Origin: an uncultured Treponema sp.
GTDB taxonomy: Bacteria; Spirochaetota; Spirochaetia; Treponematales; Treponemataceae
Reading direction: 5' to 3'
Assembly (NCBI GenBank): GCA_937890485.1
Contig: CALBXN010000010.1
Location: 1,178 to 65,177 of the forward strand
Length of the DNA: 64,000 nt
The position numbers and the translations under genes are program-made. This document shows, piece after piece, positions 44,247 through 53,395 of the stretch (its first letter is position 1; each line of letters begins with the position of its first letter). The notes under the pieces were generated by a model. It made no database searches. It was not told where the DNA came from and saw nothing but the letters and a program-made list of their open reading frames with translations.

Positions 44247-45011
44247 ATGAGTAGATACAGTTATAGGAGAAAAGGATTTGACTTTGGTGATTTTGAAATT
44301 ACCAAGAGAGAAATTTTAGTAAGTATTTCTATTATAGCTGTGATGATTCTAATTGGTGTTCTGATTTCTAGTAAGATTTCGGAGGCACAAATGGATAGAA
44401 ATGAGATTTACAACAAAGCAGTTAAGATAGAAAGCACAGATTTGTTTCAATATGGTATGGATACTAATGTTGGTAATGCGTTTGTATATGGCGATTTAAA
44501 AGCAGTTGATACAGTTACATATCCTGAAATAGAAGGAGAATATATGTATCTAGAGAAAGTTAAAGAGAAGTATACAAAGCATACAAGAACAGTAACCAAG
44601 TATAAAACTGTAAATGGCAAAAGGAAGTCTTATACAACAACAGAAACTTATTGGACATGGGATAGAGTTGGTAGTGAAGATAAGAAATGTAATGAAGTAA
44701 CATTTTGTGGAATTACATTTAATGTTAACAAATTTGATATTCCAAGTTCTCATCATATTGACACTATTAAAGAGTCGAGCCATATCAGATATAAGTATTA
44801 TGGCGTAGAAACTGAATTTACAGGAACAATCTTTACAGATTTGAGAGATAAAACAATCTCAGATAGTACCAACTTTTACAACAGTATGAATATAGAAGAA
44901 ACAGTTGAATATTTAGAATCTGGTGGTGGCGAAATTATCTTTTGGATATTTTGGATTCTGCTAACTGGTGGGTGTGTATACGGTTTCTTTTATATAATAA
45001 CAAATGGTTAG
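44247..45011 (+). CDS. two-TM membrane protein (LemA-associated, GIDE/DUF3137-like topology; tentative)
   Basis: TM helices near both termini flank a roughly 170-aa soluble domain. Starts 3 nt after lemA. Confidence 0.35.
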   Translation: MSRYSYRRKGFDFGDFEITKREILVSISIIAVMILIGVLISSKISEAQMDRNEIYNKAVKIESTDLFQYGMDTNVGNAFVYGDLKAVDTVTYPEIEGEYMYLEKVKEKYTKHTRTVTKYKTVNGKRKSYTTTETYWTWDRVGSEDKKCNEVTFCGITFNVNKFDIPSSHHIDTIKESSHIRYKYYGVETEFTGTIFTDLRDKTISDSTNFYNSMNIEETVEYLESGGGEIIFWIFWILLTGGCVYGFFYIITNG

Positions 45012-45034
45012 AGTAAGAAAGGAGAAGAGTAAAG

Positions 45035-45457
45035 ATGTCACTATCAGATGAAATTATTAAAGTGCTAGATGCACTAGCAGAGAAGTTTGGAATGGTTGTC
45101 GATTGGACTTCTCAGAATGTAATTCCATACTTAGAGCAGTTGTGTGGTAAATATGTAAATTATGAAATTGCAACAAGTGTTGTATGGTTGATATTCGGAA
45201 TTGGTTGTCTGATATTAGGAAGAACTTTATTTAAGAAAATGAAATACTGTTTTGGAAAATCAGACGGAATGGACGGAGATAACGGATATTCATATGGATG
45301 TATATTTGCAGCAATAGGTTGTGGAATTTCTGTATTAGTAGGATTAATGGTAGTCATGTGTCAAGCATTTGATATTGTAACTTGTCTAACATTCCCAGAA
45401 AAGATGATTCTTGATGAATTGAAGTCAATTTACACAAGTATGAACAGTGGTTCATAA
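45035..45457 (+). CDS. integral membrane protein (140 aa)
   Basis: SD AAAGGAG. Hydrophobic segments VVWLIFGIGCLILG and IFAAIGCGISVLVGLMVVM. Confidence 0.6.
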   Translation: MSLSDEIIKVLDALAEKFGMVVDWTSQNVIPYLEQLCGKYVNYEIATSVVWLIFGIGCLILGRTLFKKMKYCFGKSDGMDGDNGYSYGCIFAAIGCGISVLVGLMVVMCQAFDIVTCLTFPEKMILDELKSIYTSMNSGS

Positions 45458-45507
45458 GTCTTAAATTTCTTATTTCATTGACAAATTATTAAGGAGAAAA
45501 AGAGAAA

Positions 45508-45768
45508 ATGACATTAAGTAGTACAGTAGAAATGATGTGTAGTGATGACTACAAGGAAAGATTTAGAGCAGAATATGCTCAGTTGGTAAACAGATACTAT
45601 GGACTTCGCAGAATGTTAGAGAAGTGGGATAATGGAACATTAGAGTTTGAACCTACTTGTCCAAGAAGTACATATAATATGCAGACAAAGGCTATGGAAG
45701 ATTACATTGCAGTTCTTGAAGCAAGAGCAGTTATGGAAGATGTCAACTTAGAGGATGTGATTATCTAA
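45508..45768 (+). CDS. hypothetical protein (86 aa)
   Basis: SD AAGGAG upstream. Confidence 0.6.
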   Translation: MTLSSTVEMMCSDDYKERFRAEYAQLVNRYYGLRRMLEKWDNGTLEFEPTCPRSTYNMQTKAMEDYIAVLEARAVMEDVNLEDVII

Positions 45769-46028
45769 TGAAGTTAATATTCCAAAACAGTCGTGGTGAA
45801 GAAAGAGTAATTGCAGAGCCAACGAATAGAGAAGAAATAAGTAAAGAGATTAACAAGTTTCTCGATGACCATAATTTTAAAAGCTACTACACAAGAGTTT
45901 GGGAAGAAAATGGTCGATTGATTTATGATGTAGGTTCTCATACGGAATTCTTCATATTAGAAGGAATGACCTTTGAGGAATACACAAAGAATAACCATTC
46001 AGACAAAACGATGTTGGCGCATCGCTGA
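45768..46028 (+). CDS. hypothetical protein (86 aa)
   Basis: TAATG overlap with the previous gene. Confidence 0.6.
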   Translation: MKLIFQNSRGEERVIAEPTNREEISKEINKFLDDHNFKSYYTRVWEENGRLIYDVGSHTEFFILEGMTFEEYTKNNHSDKTMLAHR

Positions 46029-46270
46029 ATGGAGAAGTATTTATTAAGACAAACATAACATAAGAGAATCTTAAAAAATTCCAAGTTTTGAAAAGTAAAT
46101 ACGTTTGTTTGTAGGTGGCAAAACAGCACACCTTGGGCGAGTGCGCTCTAAATTAGCTGTTTGTAGATAGATTTTACATAAAATTATCCCCAAATTCCAG
46201 TTCCGAAAGGACTGTTAATTATAAGTTACTAATTAAAAAATTTTTATATTACAAGGAGGACATTTTTAAA

Positions 46271-47152
46271 ATGGCAGAAACAAATTTAAGACAGGCAAAC
46301 GCAAAGGCATTTGTACAGGGAGTAGTTAGTGAAAAGGATTTAAAGGTTGTAACAGAAGAAGGTAAGACAAAGATTACTGGTCATATCACAGTAAAGACTT
46401 CAGATGTCAACTTCGTTAAGTTCAATGTCAATGTTAATGAAAAGACAAATGCAGGTACAGACAACAAGACTTATGCAGGTATTCAGACTGTAATGAATGA
46501 GTACAAGTCTATTGCAGAAGTTGGAGAGGAAGAAGCTACAAGAGTTAAGGTAAGTGGCGATATCAGTCCTTTTACTGGTAAGAATGGTGAGAAGATTGTT
46601 TCTTACAAGAGCAATTTCTTTAACAGATTAAAGGCTGATGAAGAGTTAGAACCAAAGGCTGAGTTCTCAATTGAGTTATTTATTTCTGGTATCAATCCTG
46701 AACTTGATACAGAAGGTGTAGAAACTGGTAGAACAATCGTTAGCGGTTGGATGCCTACATATAACGGAATTGAGCCTATTGATTTAGTGGCAGAGGGTGA
46801 AGTTGCACAGGCTATTGATTCTGGCTTTGAAATTGGACAGACTGTAGAGTTCTACGGAGAAGTAATCAATAACAGAATCGAAACTGTTACTGAAATTCCT
46901 GTAAAGATTGGTAAGCCAAGAAAGAAAGTATCAGTAGAAATTAAGAATGACCTTGTTATTACTGGTGCATCTGAGGCTTATGAAGAGGGCATTACACCAG
47001 AACTTCCTTATGAAGCTGATACTATTCAGGCAGCTATTCAGGAAAGAGCAAACAGACTTGAAGAAGCAAAGGCGAAGGCTCAGAGTGGTGCAAAAGCTAG
47101 TGGTAACGCAAAGCCAAGTGGGGCAGCACATGGTAGAAGTTTAGGCTTCTAA
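46271..47152 (+). CDS. putative single-stranded DNA-binding protein (by position only)
   Basis: 293 aa. First gene of the replication module, directly upstream of the Sak4-like ATPase. No canonical SSB motif recognised. Confidence 0.3.
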   Translation: MAETNLRQANAKAFVQGVVSEKDLKVVTEEGKTKITGHITVKTSDVNFVKFNVNVNEKTNAGTDNKTYAGIQTVMNEYKSIAEVGEEEATRVKVSGDISPFTGKNGEKIVSYKSNFFNRLKADEELEPKAEFSIELFISGINPELDTEGVETGRTIVSGWMPTYNGIEPIDLVAEGEVAQAIDSGFEIGQTVEFYGEVINNRIETVTEIPVKIGKPRKKVSVEIKNDLVITGASEAYEEGITPELPYEADTIQAAIQERANRLEEAKAKAQSGAKASGNAKPSGAAHGRSLGF

Positions 47153-47242
47153 GACAACTGAATAATCGGTGTGAATGAAATAGTTTGAAAATATACACCA
47201 TTCATTTTTAAGAAAAATACATAAATTGGAGGAAACGAATTA

Positions 47243-48229
47243 ATGGAATTAGATATTTTTAATCCACAGGTCAGTACAGTAGCAAAAGGTTTAGAAGGAA
47301 AAGTTATTTTAGTTTACGGTGGTAACAACTTAGGTAAGACAAAACAGGCAACACGTATGAAGAAGCCTTTTTATCTTCCTTTTGAAGCAGGTTTGAATGC
47401 AATCCCTGGTATTCCATTCTGTCCTATTACTAAGTGGTCTGACTTCATCAAGATTAACAAGCAGTTAACTGACCCTGCAACAGTAGAAAAGGCGAGAGAA
47501 ATGTATTCAACAATTATCTTTGATGAGATTGAAGCGGCTGCTAACTACTGTCAGGAATTTATTTGTCAGAAGTATAAAGCACCTTCTATTGGTGAGGGTA
47601 ATGGTGGATATGGACTTTGGAAAGAGTACGAAACAGAGTTCTGGAAGCAGATTAACAAGTTAGTTGGTGCTGGATATTGTTGCTATTTCATCGCACATGC
47701 ACAGGAAAAAGAAGGTTTTATTTCACCAAAGGCAGATAAGAGAGCATTGTCACCTATCATTAATAACACTGACTTATGTGTATATGTTCGCTCTAATGGC
47801 GTTGATAAGGATGGCAAGGTTGTAAAATCTTCTGGCTATTTAGCACAGACAGACGAATTCTTTGCTCGTTCTCGTTTTGATTATCTTCCTACAACTTACA
47901 TTGAAGAGTTCACAGCAGAAGCTCTTGAAGATGTAATTGTTAAGGCTATTGAAATTCAGGAAAGAGAAGAAGGAATTACAGCCGTTACTTTTGCAGAACA
48001 GAAAGCACAGAGAACAGTAGCGGTTAAGAGTTATGACAACTTAATGGATGAGTTACAGAAGCTAGGTGAAAAGATGGCTGATAATGGTTATCTTGAAGAT
48101 TTGCAGTCAATTGTGGCTAATCAGTTAGGAGAAGGCAAAAAGGCAAGTGACCTGAAGAAAGGTCAGGAACAGCTCATTGAAGCTATTATTTATGATATTG
48201 AGAGTTTCATTGAGGAAAATAACTTATAA
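47243..48229 (+). CDS. Sak4-like RecA-fold ATPase (AAA_24 type)
   Basis: Walker A YGGNNLGKT and Walker B IIFDEIE. Size and position are typical of the phage Sak4 family. Confidence 0.6.
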   Translation: MELDIFNPQVSTVAKGLEGKVILVYGGNNLGKTKQATRMKKPFYLPFEAGLNAIPGIPFCPITKWSDFIKINKQLTDPATVEKAREMYSTIIFDEIEAAANYCQEFICQKYKAPSIGEGNGGYGLWKEYETEFWKQINKLVGAGYCCYFIAHAQEKEGFISPKADKRALSPIINNTDLCVYVRSNGVDKDGKVVKSSGYLAQTDEFFARSRFDYLPTTYIEEFTAEALEDVIVKAIEIQEREEGITAVTFAEQKAQRTVAVKSYDNLMDELQKLGEKMADNGYLEDLQSIVANQLGEGKKASDLKKGQEQLIEAIIYDIESFIEENNL

Positions 48230-48243
48230 GAGGTTAATTGTAA

Positions 48244-48834
48244 ATGGCTCGACAGAAAAAATGCGTAATATGCAATGAGCTAATTGTAGATGAGGAGGGC
48301 GTTCCTTACAAGGGACGCTTTGCCCATCAAAAATGTTTTAACAATGCAATCAAGACATTGCAACAAGATAAAAGTAAACAGATAGACAAAGTTGCTGAGA
48401 AGAAAAAAGTTGGTAGAAAAGCAAGACCAAAAGCTGAATTAAAAGAAGCACTGTCGGAAGAAGAATATGAAAAGAAGCAACAATATTATAAGTATTTAAG
48501 ACAAATTATTGGAAATGATGAATTGAGTGTTAAAACATATGCACTTACAGAAGATTATATTAGGCGTTATGAGTTTACATACGAAACCATGCAACAAACA
48601 TTGGTTTACTTACACGAAATCATAGAAAAAGATTTAGTAGGTGATGTTGTTGGTTTGATTCCATATTACTACAGTGAAGCGATGCAATACTATGACGCTA
48701 TTAGCAAAGTGGTGGAACTTAATGAGGGTATAGACATTTCACAAATGTATAAAGAAAAGACCATTATAGTCCAACCAAAAAGGAGAAGAATAAAACAGAT
48801 TGATATTGAGTCAATTGGAAAAGAGGTGGATTGA
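48244..48834 (+). CDS. zinc-finger protein, possible replication initiator or helicase loader
   Basis: CVICNE...HQKC motif. Lies immediately upstream of, and overlaps, the DnaB-like gene. Function inferred from position only. Confidence 0.3.
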   Translation: MARQKKCVICNELIVDEEGVPYKGRFAHQKCFNNAIKTLQQDKSKQIDKVAEKKKVGRKARPKAELKEALSEEEYEKKQQYYKYLRQIIGNDELSVKTYALTEDYIRRYEFTYETMQQTLVYLHEIIEKDLVGDVVGLIPYYYSEAMQYYDAISKVVELNEGIDISQMYKEKTIIVQPKRRRIKQIDIESIGKEVD

Positions 48835-50462
48835 TGGCACATGAAGGACTTGTAGATAAAAGAGCATATCTAAATACGATAGGATGTTTACTGCAAGATT
48901 CGTCATTAATAGATGATATAGACAGACCATTGGACAGGACTGATTTTAATACAGAAAACTTTTATGAATTGCTTTTTGTAGCGATTTATAACCTACATAT
49001 GCAAGGTTGCACCACAATTGACGAGTTTAGCATAGATTCTTATTTAAGTAATTACAAAGAGCAGTATTCCATTTTTCAAGAAAACCAAGGTATTGAGTAC
49101 CTTTCCAATGCTAGAGAAATGGCTACTCTTGAAAATTACGATTATTACTATCATAGATTAAGAAAGTATTCATTACTTCGTTACTACGAAAAACAAGGTT
49201 TGGATACTAGATTTATATACGATAGCACAATTGCAGACACTTCTAAAATGGAGTCTGAACAAATCAAATTTGATAATTATACAGAACAAGACATTATTGA
49301 AATGGTTGAAGCAACGTTTGTTATCAATCCTAATATGAAATATTGTACCAATACTCTAAGCACAGACGTACAAGCTGGTGATGGTATGACAGATTTGGTC
49401 AATGAATTGATGGAAGTTCCCGATGTTGGTTTAGCATTAAACAACGAAGGATTAAACACTGTATCAAGAGGAGCAAGATTAGGATGTTTATTTATGCGTT
49501 CTTGTCCTCAAGGTGGTGGTAAAACTCGTATGGCTGCTGGTGATGCTTGTAAAATAGCTGTTCCATACTTTTATGATGTGAATACAAATCAGTATGTGTA
49601 TACAGGTAATTGTGAACCAACAACAATTTTTTCAACTGAGATGCCAGTAGATGAAATTCAAACATTATTGATTGCTGCTGTTAGTAAGGTGAACGAGGAA
49701 CACATTTTATATGGAACTTATGAAAAGGGTGAATTGGAAAGAGTAAAACAAGCTATTTCTTATATAGAATCTAGTCCTTTATATATTGTTCACATTCCAG
49801 ATTTCTCAATTGAGGATATTAAAAATCAAATTAAGAAGTACAACAGAGAGTTTTCTGTTAGATATTTTTTCTTTGATTACATACACACTTCTTTACGTTT
49901 AATGGCAGAAGTTAATAGTAAATCGGGCATGGGCTTAAAAGAGCATCAGTTGTTATTGGTATTTGCTACCGAGTTAAAGACAATAGCACAACAGTTGGAT
50001 GTGTTTATCTACACAGCTTCACAGTTGAATGGAGAAGCACAAAATGCCTTATATAAAGACCAAAATTTATTGGCAGGTTCTAAGGCTTTGGCGAACAAGT
50101 TAGATATGGGTGTTATTTCTATGTCGCCTACTAAAGCTGAAAGAAAGAAGATTGAAGCGGTTTTACATAGAATGGTCAATATGCCAGTACCTAATATGTG
50201 TCATTGGGTATATAAGGTAAGGCGAGGCAGATTAACACGAATTATCATTTGGACAAAAATTGATTTAGGTACGATGACAGAACAATGTCTATTTGTCACC
50301 AATTATGATTTTGAACTTATTGATATGGATTTTACAAAAATAGAGCAAGTAGAAGAAAAAATAAAAGAACATTCAGTTTTATTATCACAAGTACCTGATA
50401 GTCCAATGAGCGAAGAAGCAGAAGAAGAACCAACTGATAAGAAGAGTTGGGGAAATTGGTAA
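48834..50462 (+). CDS. dnaB: DnaB-like replicative DNA helicase
   Basis: DnaB N-terminal-like RAYLNTIGCLLQDSSLIDD, a RecA-like core with Walker A PQGGGKT, and FFDYIH. Confidence 0.65.
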   Translation: MAHEGLVDKRAYLNTIGCLLQDSSLIDDIDRPLDRTDFNTENFYELLFVAIYNLHMQGCTTIDEFSIDSYLSNYKEQYSIFQENQGIEYLSNAREMATLENYDYYYHRLRKYSLLRYYEKQGLDTRFIYDSTIADTSKMESEQIKFDNYTEQDIIEMVEATFVINPNMKYCTNTLSTDVQAGDGMTDLVNELMEVPDVGLALNNEGLNTVSRGARLGCLFMRSCPQGGGKTRMAAGDACKIAVPYFYDVNTNQYVYTGNCEPTTIFSTEMPVDEIQTLLIAAVSKVNEEHILYGTYEKGELERVKQAISYIESSPLYIVHIPDFSIEDIKNQIKKYNREFSVRYFFFDYIHTSLRLMAEVNSKSGMGLKEHQLLLVFATELKTIAQQLDVFIYTASQLNGEAQNALYKDQNLLAGSKALANKLDMGVISMSPTKAERKKIEAVLHRMVNMPVPNMCHWVYKVRRGRLTRIIIWTKIDLGTMTEQCLFVTNYDFELIDMDFTKIEQVEEKIKEHSVLLSQVPDSPMSEEAEEEPTDKKSWGNW

Positions 50463-50475
50463 GTGAGGTGAAGAT

Positions 50476-51642
50476 ATGTATTTGAATAAAGATGCAATCC
50501 TAAACTCACTTACCAAAGATGATGTGATAAAAATCGTTACAAGTTTAGGTTCTAGTTATCCCAAAACGGATAGTAATGGCGATTTAATATTTCAATCAGT
50601 TTGTCATGGCTCAGATTCATGGAAATTGTATTATTACCACGAATCAAATGAAGAAAAGGGTTATAAAGGCAGAAGTTTTCATTGTTATTCTAAATGTTCT
50701 GATAATTTCAACATTGTCGAATTGGTCATTAGAGCAAATAGAGTTAAAGGAAAAACTATTACTTGGTACAAAGCACTTAGATATATCAGTCAATTAACAA
50801 ATAAATTGGCTATTGCAAGTGCAGAAGATATCGAAAAAGAGAAAAACCGTATCAATGACTTTGAATGGATAAATCGCTTAAAAGCAGTTAAGAGAACAAA
50901 AAAAGAAGTTCCTACATTGTCTGAGATAAACGAGAATGTTTTGGAAACTTTCTATTACGCACCTCATGAAGATTGGTTAAATGACAACATATCTCGTGAA
51001 GCACTAAGTAGATATGAAATTGGATATTACGGCTTAACAAATCAGATTATTATTCCTCATCGAGATAAAGATAATCGTTTGATTGGTATACGAGGACGTT
51101 ATCTTGATGAGAAGGATATAGAAAGAGTAGGCAAATATGTTCCATTGCAGATTGGTGGTAAATTTTTAAGTCATCAATTAGGGTCAAATCTATATGGCAT
51201 TAATGTTACACAAGACAAAATAAAAACCATTAGAAAAGCAATGATATTGGAATCTGAGAAAGGGTGTATGCAGAATTATTCATATTTTGGGGATGATTCA
51301 TTTGCAATTGCAACTTGTGGTAGCAATATAACACTTACTCAACAAAAGTTGTTACTTCACTACTTAAAATGTGAAGAAATCATTATAGCTTTCGACAGAG
51401 AATATCATGATGCCCATTCTTTTGAAGCGGAAATATATTACAACAAACTGGTTAAGAAAGTTGCGAATATAGTGCCTTATTGTAAAGTTTGCTTGCTGTT
51501 AGATAGTGAAAATAGATTGCCATACAAGGCAAGTCCTACAGATATGGGAAAAGATATATTACTAGAATTGCTTGATGAAAAGATTGTTATCACTATGGAT
51601 GAAGTTAACAGAGTATTGAAAGAAACAAAAAAGGAGAAGTAA
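50476..51642 (+). CDS. dnaG: DnaG-like DNA primase (zinc finger plus TOPRIM)
   Basis: CHGSD...FHCYSKC zinc-binding motif; a TOPRIM-like MILESEKG and IIAFDRE. Confidence 0.6.
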   Translation: MYLNKDAILNSLTKDDVIKIVTSLGSSYPKTDSNGDLIFQSVCHGSDSWKLYYYHESNEEKGYKGRSFHCYSKCSDNFNIVELVIRANRVKGKTITWYKALRYISQLTNKLAIASAEDIEKEKNRINDFEWINRLKAVKRTKKEVPTLSEINENVLETFYYAPHEDWLNDNISREALSRYEIGYYGLTNQIIIPHRDKDNRLIGIRGRYLDEKDIERVGKYVPLQIGGKFLSHQLGSNLYGINVTQDKIKTIRKAMILESEKGCMQNYSYFGDDSFAIATCGSNITLTQQKLLLHYLKCEEIIIAFDREYHDAHSFEAEIYYNKLVKKVANIVPYCKVCLLLDSENRLPYKASPTDMGKDILLELLDEKIVITMDEVNRVLKETKKEK

Positions 51643-52635
51643 TTGGAAGAACTATTAAAAAGAATTAGACCTGTAACAGAAGAGGATAGAAAAAATCTTC
51701 CTGTATTTTCTTATAGTAAACTCGAAGTTTTTAAAAACTGTCCTTTGCAATACAGATACAAATATATTGAAAAGAAGTACTCGCAAGATACTTCTATCGC
51801 TTTGGAGTTGGGAAGTCTTTGTCATTATGTATTAGAACGTAAAGGTCACATGATTGTAAATGGAGAAATAATTGATTATGAATTACTAAACGACCTATTA
51901 GCGAATGGTGTTAAAGAGACAGATGAAAAAACAAAAGAAGAATTAATTGGTGTAGCACAGTTAAAAAGAAAATATTTTGAAACATGGTATGAGGCTGATA
52001 ATGCAAGTGGAGCTTCTTATGATGAAAAAATGAAATTGTTTGATAAAGTATTACACGAAGAAATGGAAGAATCAGAATGGAAGCCTACATATTTTGAAAT
52101 GCCTTTTGAATTCGTTTGGGACAATAAAGTAATTATAAAAGGTTTTATAGACAGAATAGACACCAAAGATACAGAAGAAGGTGAAACACAATATAGAACT
52201 GTTGATTATAAAACTTCTAAGAAAGTGTATGAACAAAGTAAATTGGCTACTTCGTTACAGTTTGGAGTATATGCTTTAGCAATTTTAAATAAGTTTGGTG
52301 TGTTGCCAGTAGAATCAGAATACAGATTTATTCTTATAGATGACAAGCAATTTGCTCTTACAAAAGGTTGGGAAAATCGACTGATTAAAGCCTTAGATAA
52401 GGTGTTTGGTGACATTGAAGCAAGTGAAAAGAAAGAAGTATTTGTTCCAAAGCCTTCACCATTATGTCATTGGTGTAATTTTTGTCAAACCAATCCAGAA
52501 GCGACTATTTATAGAAATGAATGTGAATATTTTTCTAAATGGACACCAAATCAAAAGACATTTGAAGTAAATAAAAAATGGAATGCTTTAGAGAATATGA
52601 CTAAAGCAACACCGAAAAGAAAGTTGGTATTTTAA
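51643..52635 (+). CDS. PD-(D/E)XK nuclease, Cas4/RecB-like exonuclease
   Basis: FSYSKLEVFKNCPLQYRYKYIEK, GFIDRID...VDYKTSKK, and a C-terminal CHWCNFC cysteine cluster. Confidence 0.7.
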   Translation: MEELLKRIRPVTEEDRKNLPVFSYSKLEVFKNCPLQYRYKYIEKKYSQDTSIALELGSLCHYVLERKGHMIVNGEIIDYELLNDLLANGVKETDEKTKEELIGVAQLKRKYFETWYEADNASGASYDEKMKLFDKVLHEEMEESEWKPTYFEMPFEFVWDNKVIIKGFIDRIDTKDTEEGETQYRTVDYKTSKKVYEQSKLATSLQFGVYALAILNKFGVLPVESEYRFILIDDKQFALTKGWENRLIKALDKVFGDIEASEKKEVFVPKPSPLCHWCNFCQTNPEATIYRNECEYFSKWTPNQKTFEVNKKWNALENMTKATPKRKLVF

Positions 52636-53384
52636 TGACAGAAGAACAAAGAAAAATGATAGAGCCTATTTTCGATAGTTTTGAAAATGAGGATATAAAA
52701 GAGTTTTGTAAAATTTTAGTTGACAATCTTCCTTTGTATTGGTGGGAAGTACCTGCTTCTTCAACAGGTAAGTATCATCCATCGTATGCTTTAGGAGATG
52801 GTGGATTAATGAGACATAGCATATCTGTTGTACGCTTTTTAAATTGGTTCTTTAGTTTAGAGCAATATCAGAAGCAGTATACAGATAGAGAAAGAGATTT
52901 ATTGAGATGTGCTGGCTTGGTACACGATGGTAGAAAATCGGGTGCTAGTGATGATGTAAAAGAAGTATTTACTGTCTTTAATCATCCTTTACTTATGGCA
53001 GATGCAGTTAGAGAGCATAAAGGGTGTGGTGTTATTTTAGACGGAGAAATTGAAATTATAGCACATAGCATTGAATCACATATGGGTCAATGGAATGTAT
53101 CAAACAAACCAAAAGACGAGGGTATTATTTTACCAAAGCCAGAGGGCAAATATCAGGAAATTGTACATTTGGCTGACTATCTTGCTTCAAGAAAACCTTT
53201 GGAGATGGAGTTTGATGATTGGAAGAAGCCAGAATTACCACCTTTGGATTCATACATTTTAACTTTTGGTAAGTATAAAGATAGAAAGTTATTAGAAATT
53301 GCTTCTGAAGATAAGGGATATATTGATTGGCTAAAAGAGAATTATGGTAGAGAACCGTTAAGAAGTTTATTGAAACAGTTATAA
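52635..53384 (+). CDS. HD-domain phosphohydrolase with C-terminal DUF3820-like motif
   Basis: GKYHP...LMRHS...GLVHDGRK (HD motif), and a C-terminal FGKYKDRKLLEIASEDKGYIDWL. Confidence 0.6.
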   Translation: MTEEQRKMIEPIFDSFENEDIKEFCKILVDNLPLYWWEVPASSTGKYHPSYALGDGGLMRHSISVVRFLNWFFSLEQYQKQYTDRERDLLRCAGLVHDGRKSGASDDVKEVFTVFNHPLLMADAVREHKGCGVILDGEIEIIAHSIESHMGQWNVSNKPKDEGIILPKPEGKYQEIVHLADYLASRKPLEMEFDDWKKPELPPLDSYILTFGKYKDRKLLEIASEDKGYIDWLKENYGREPLRSLLKQL

Positions 53385-53395
53385 GGAGGAAATGA

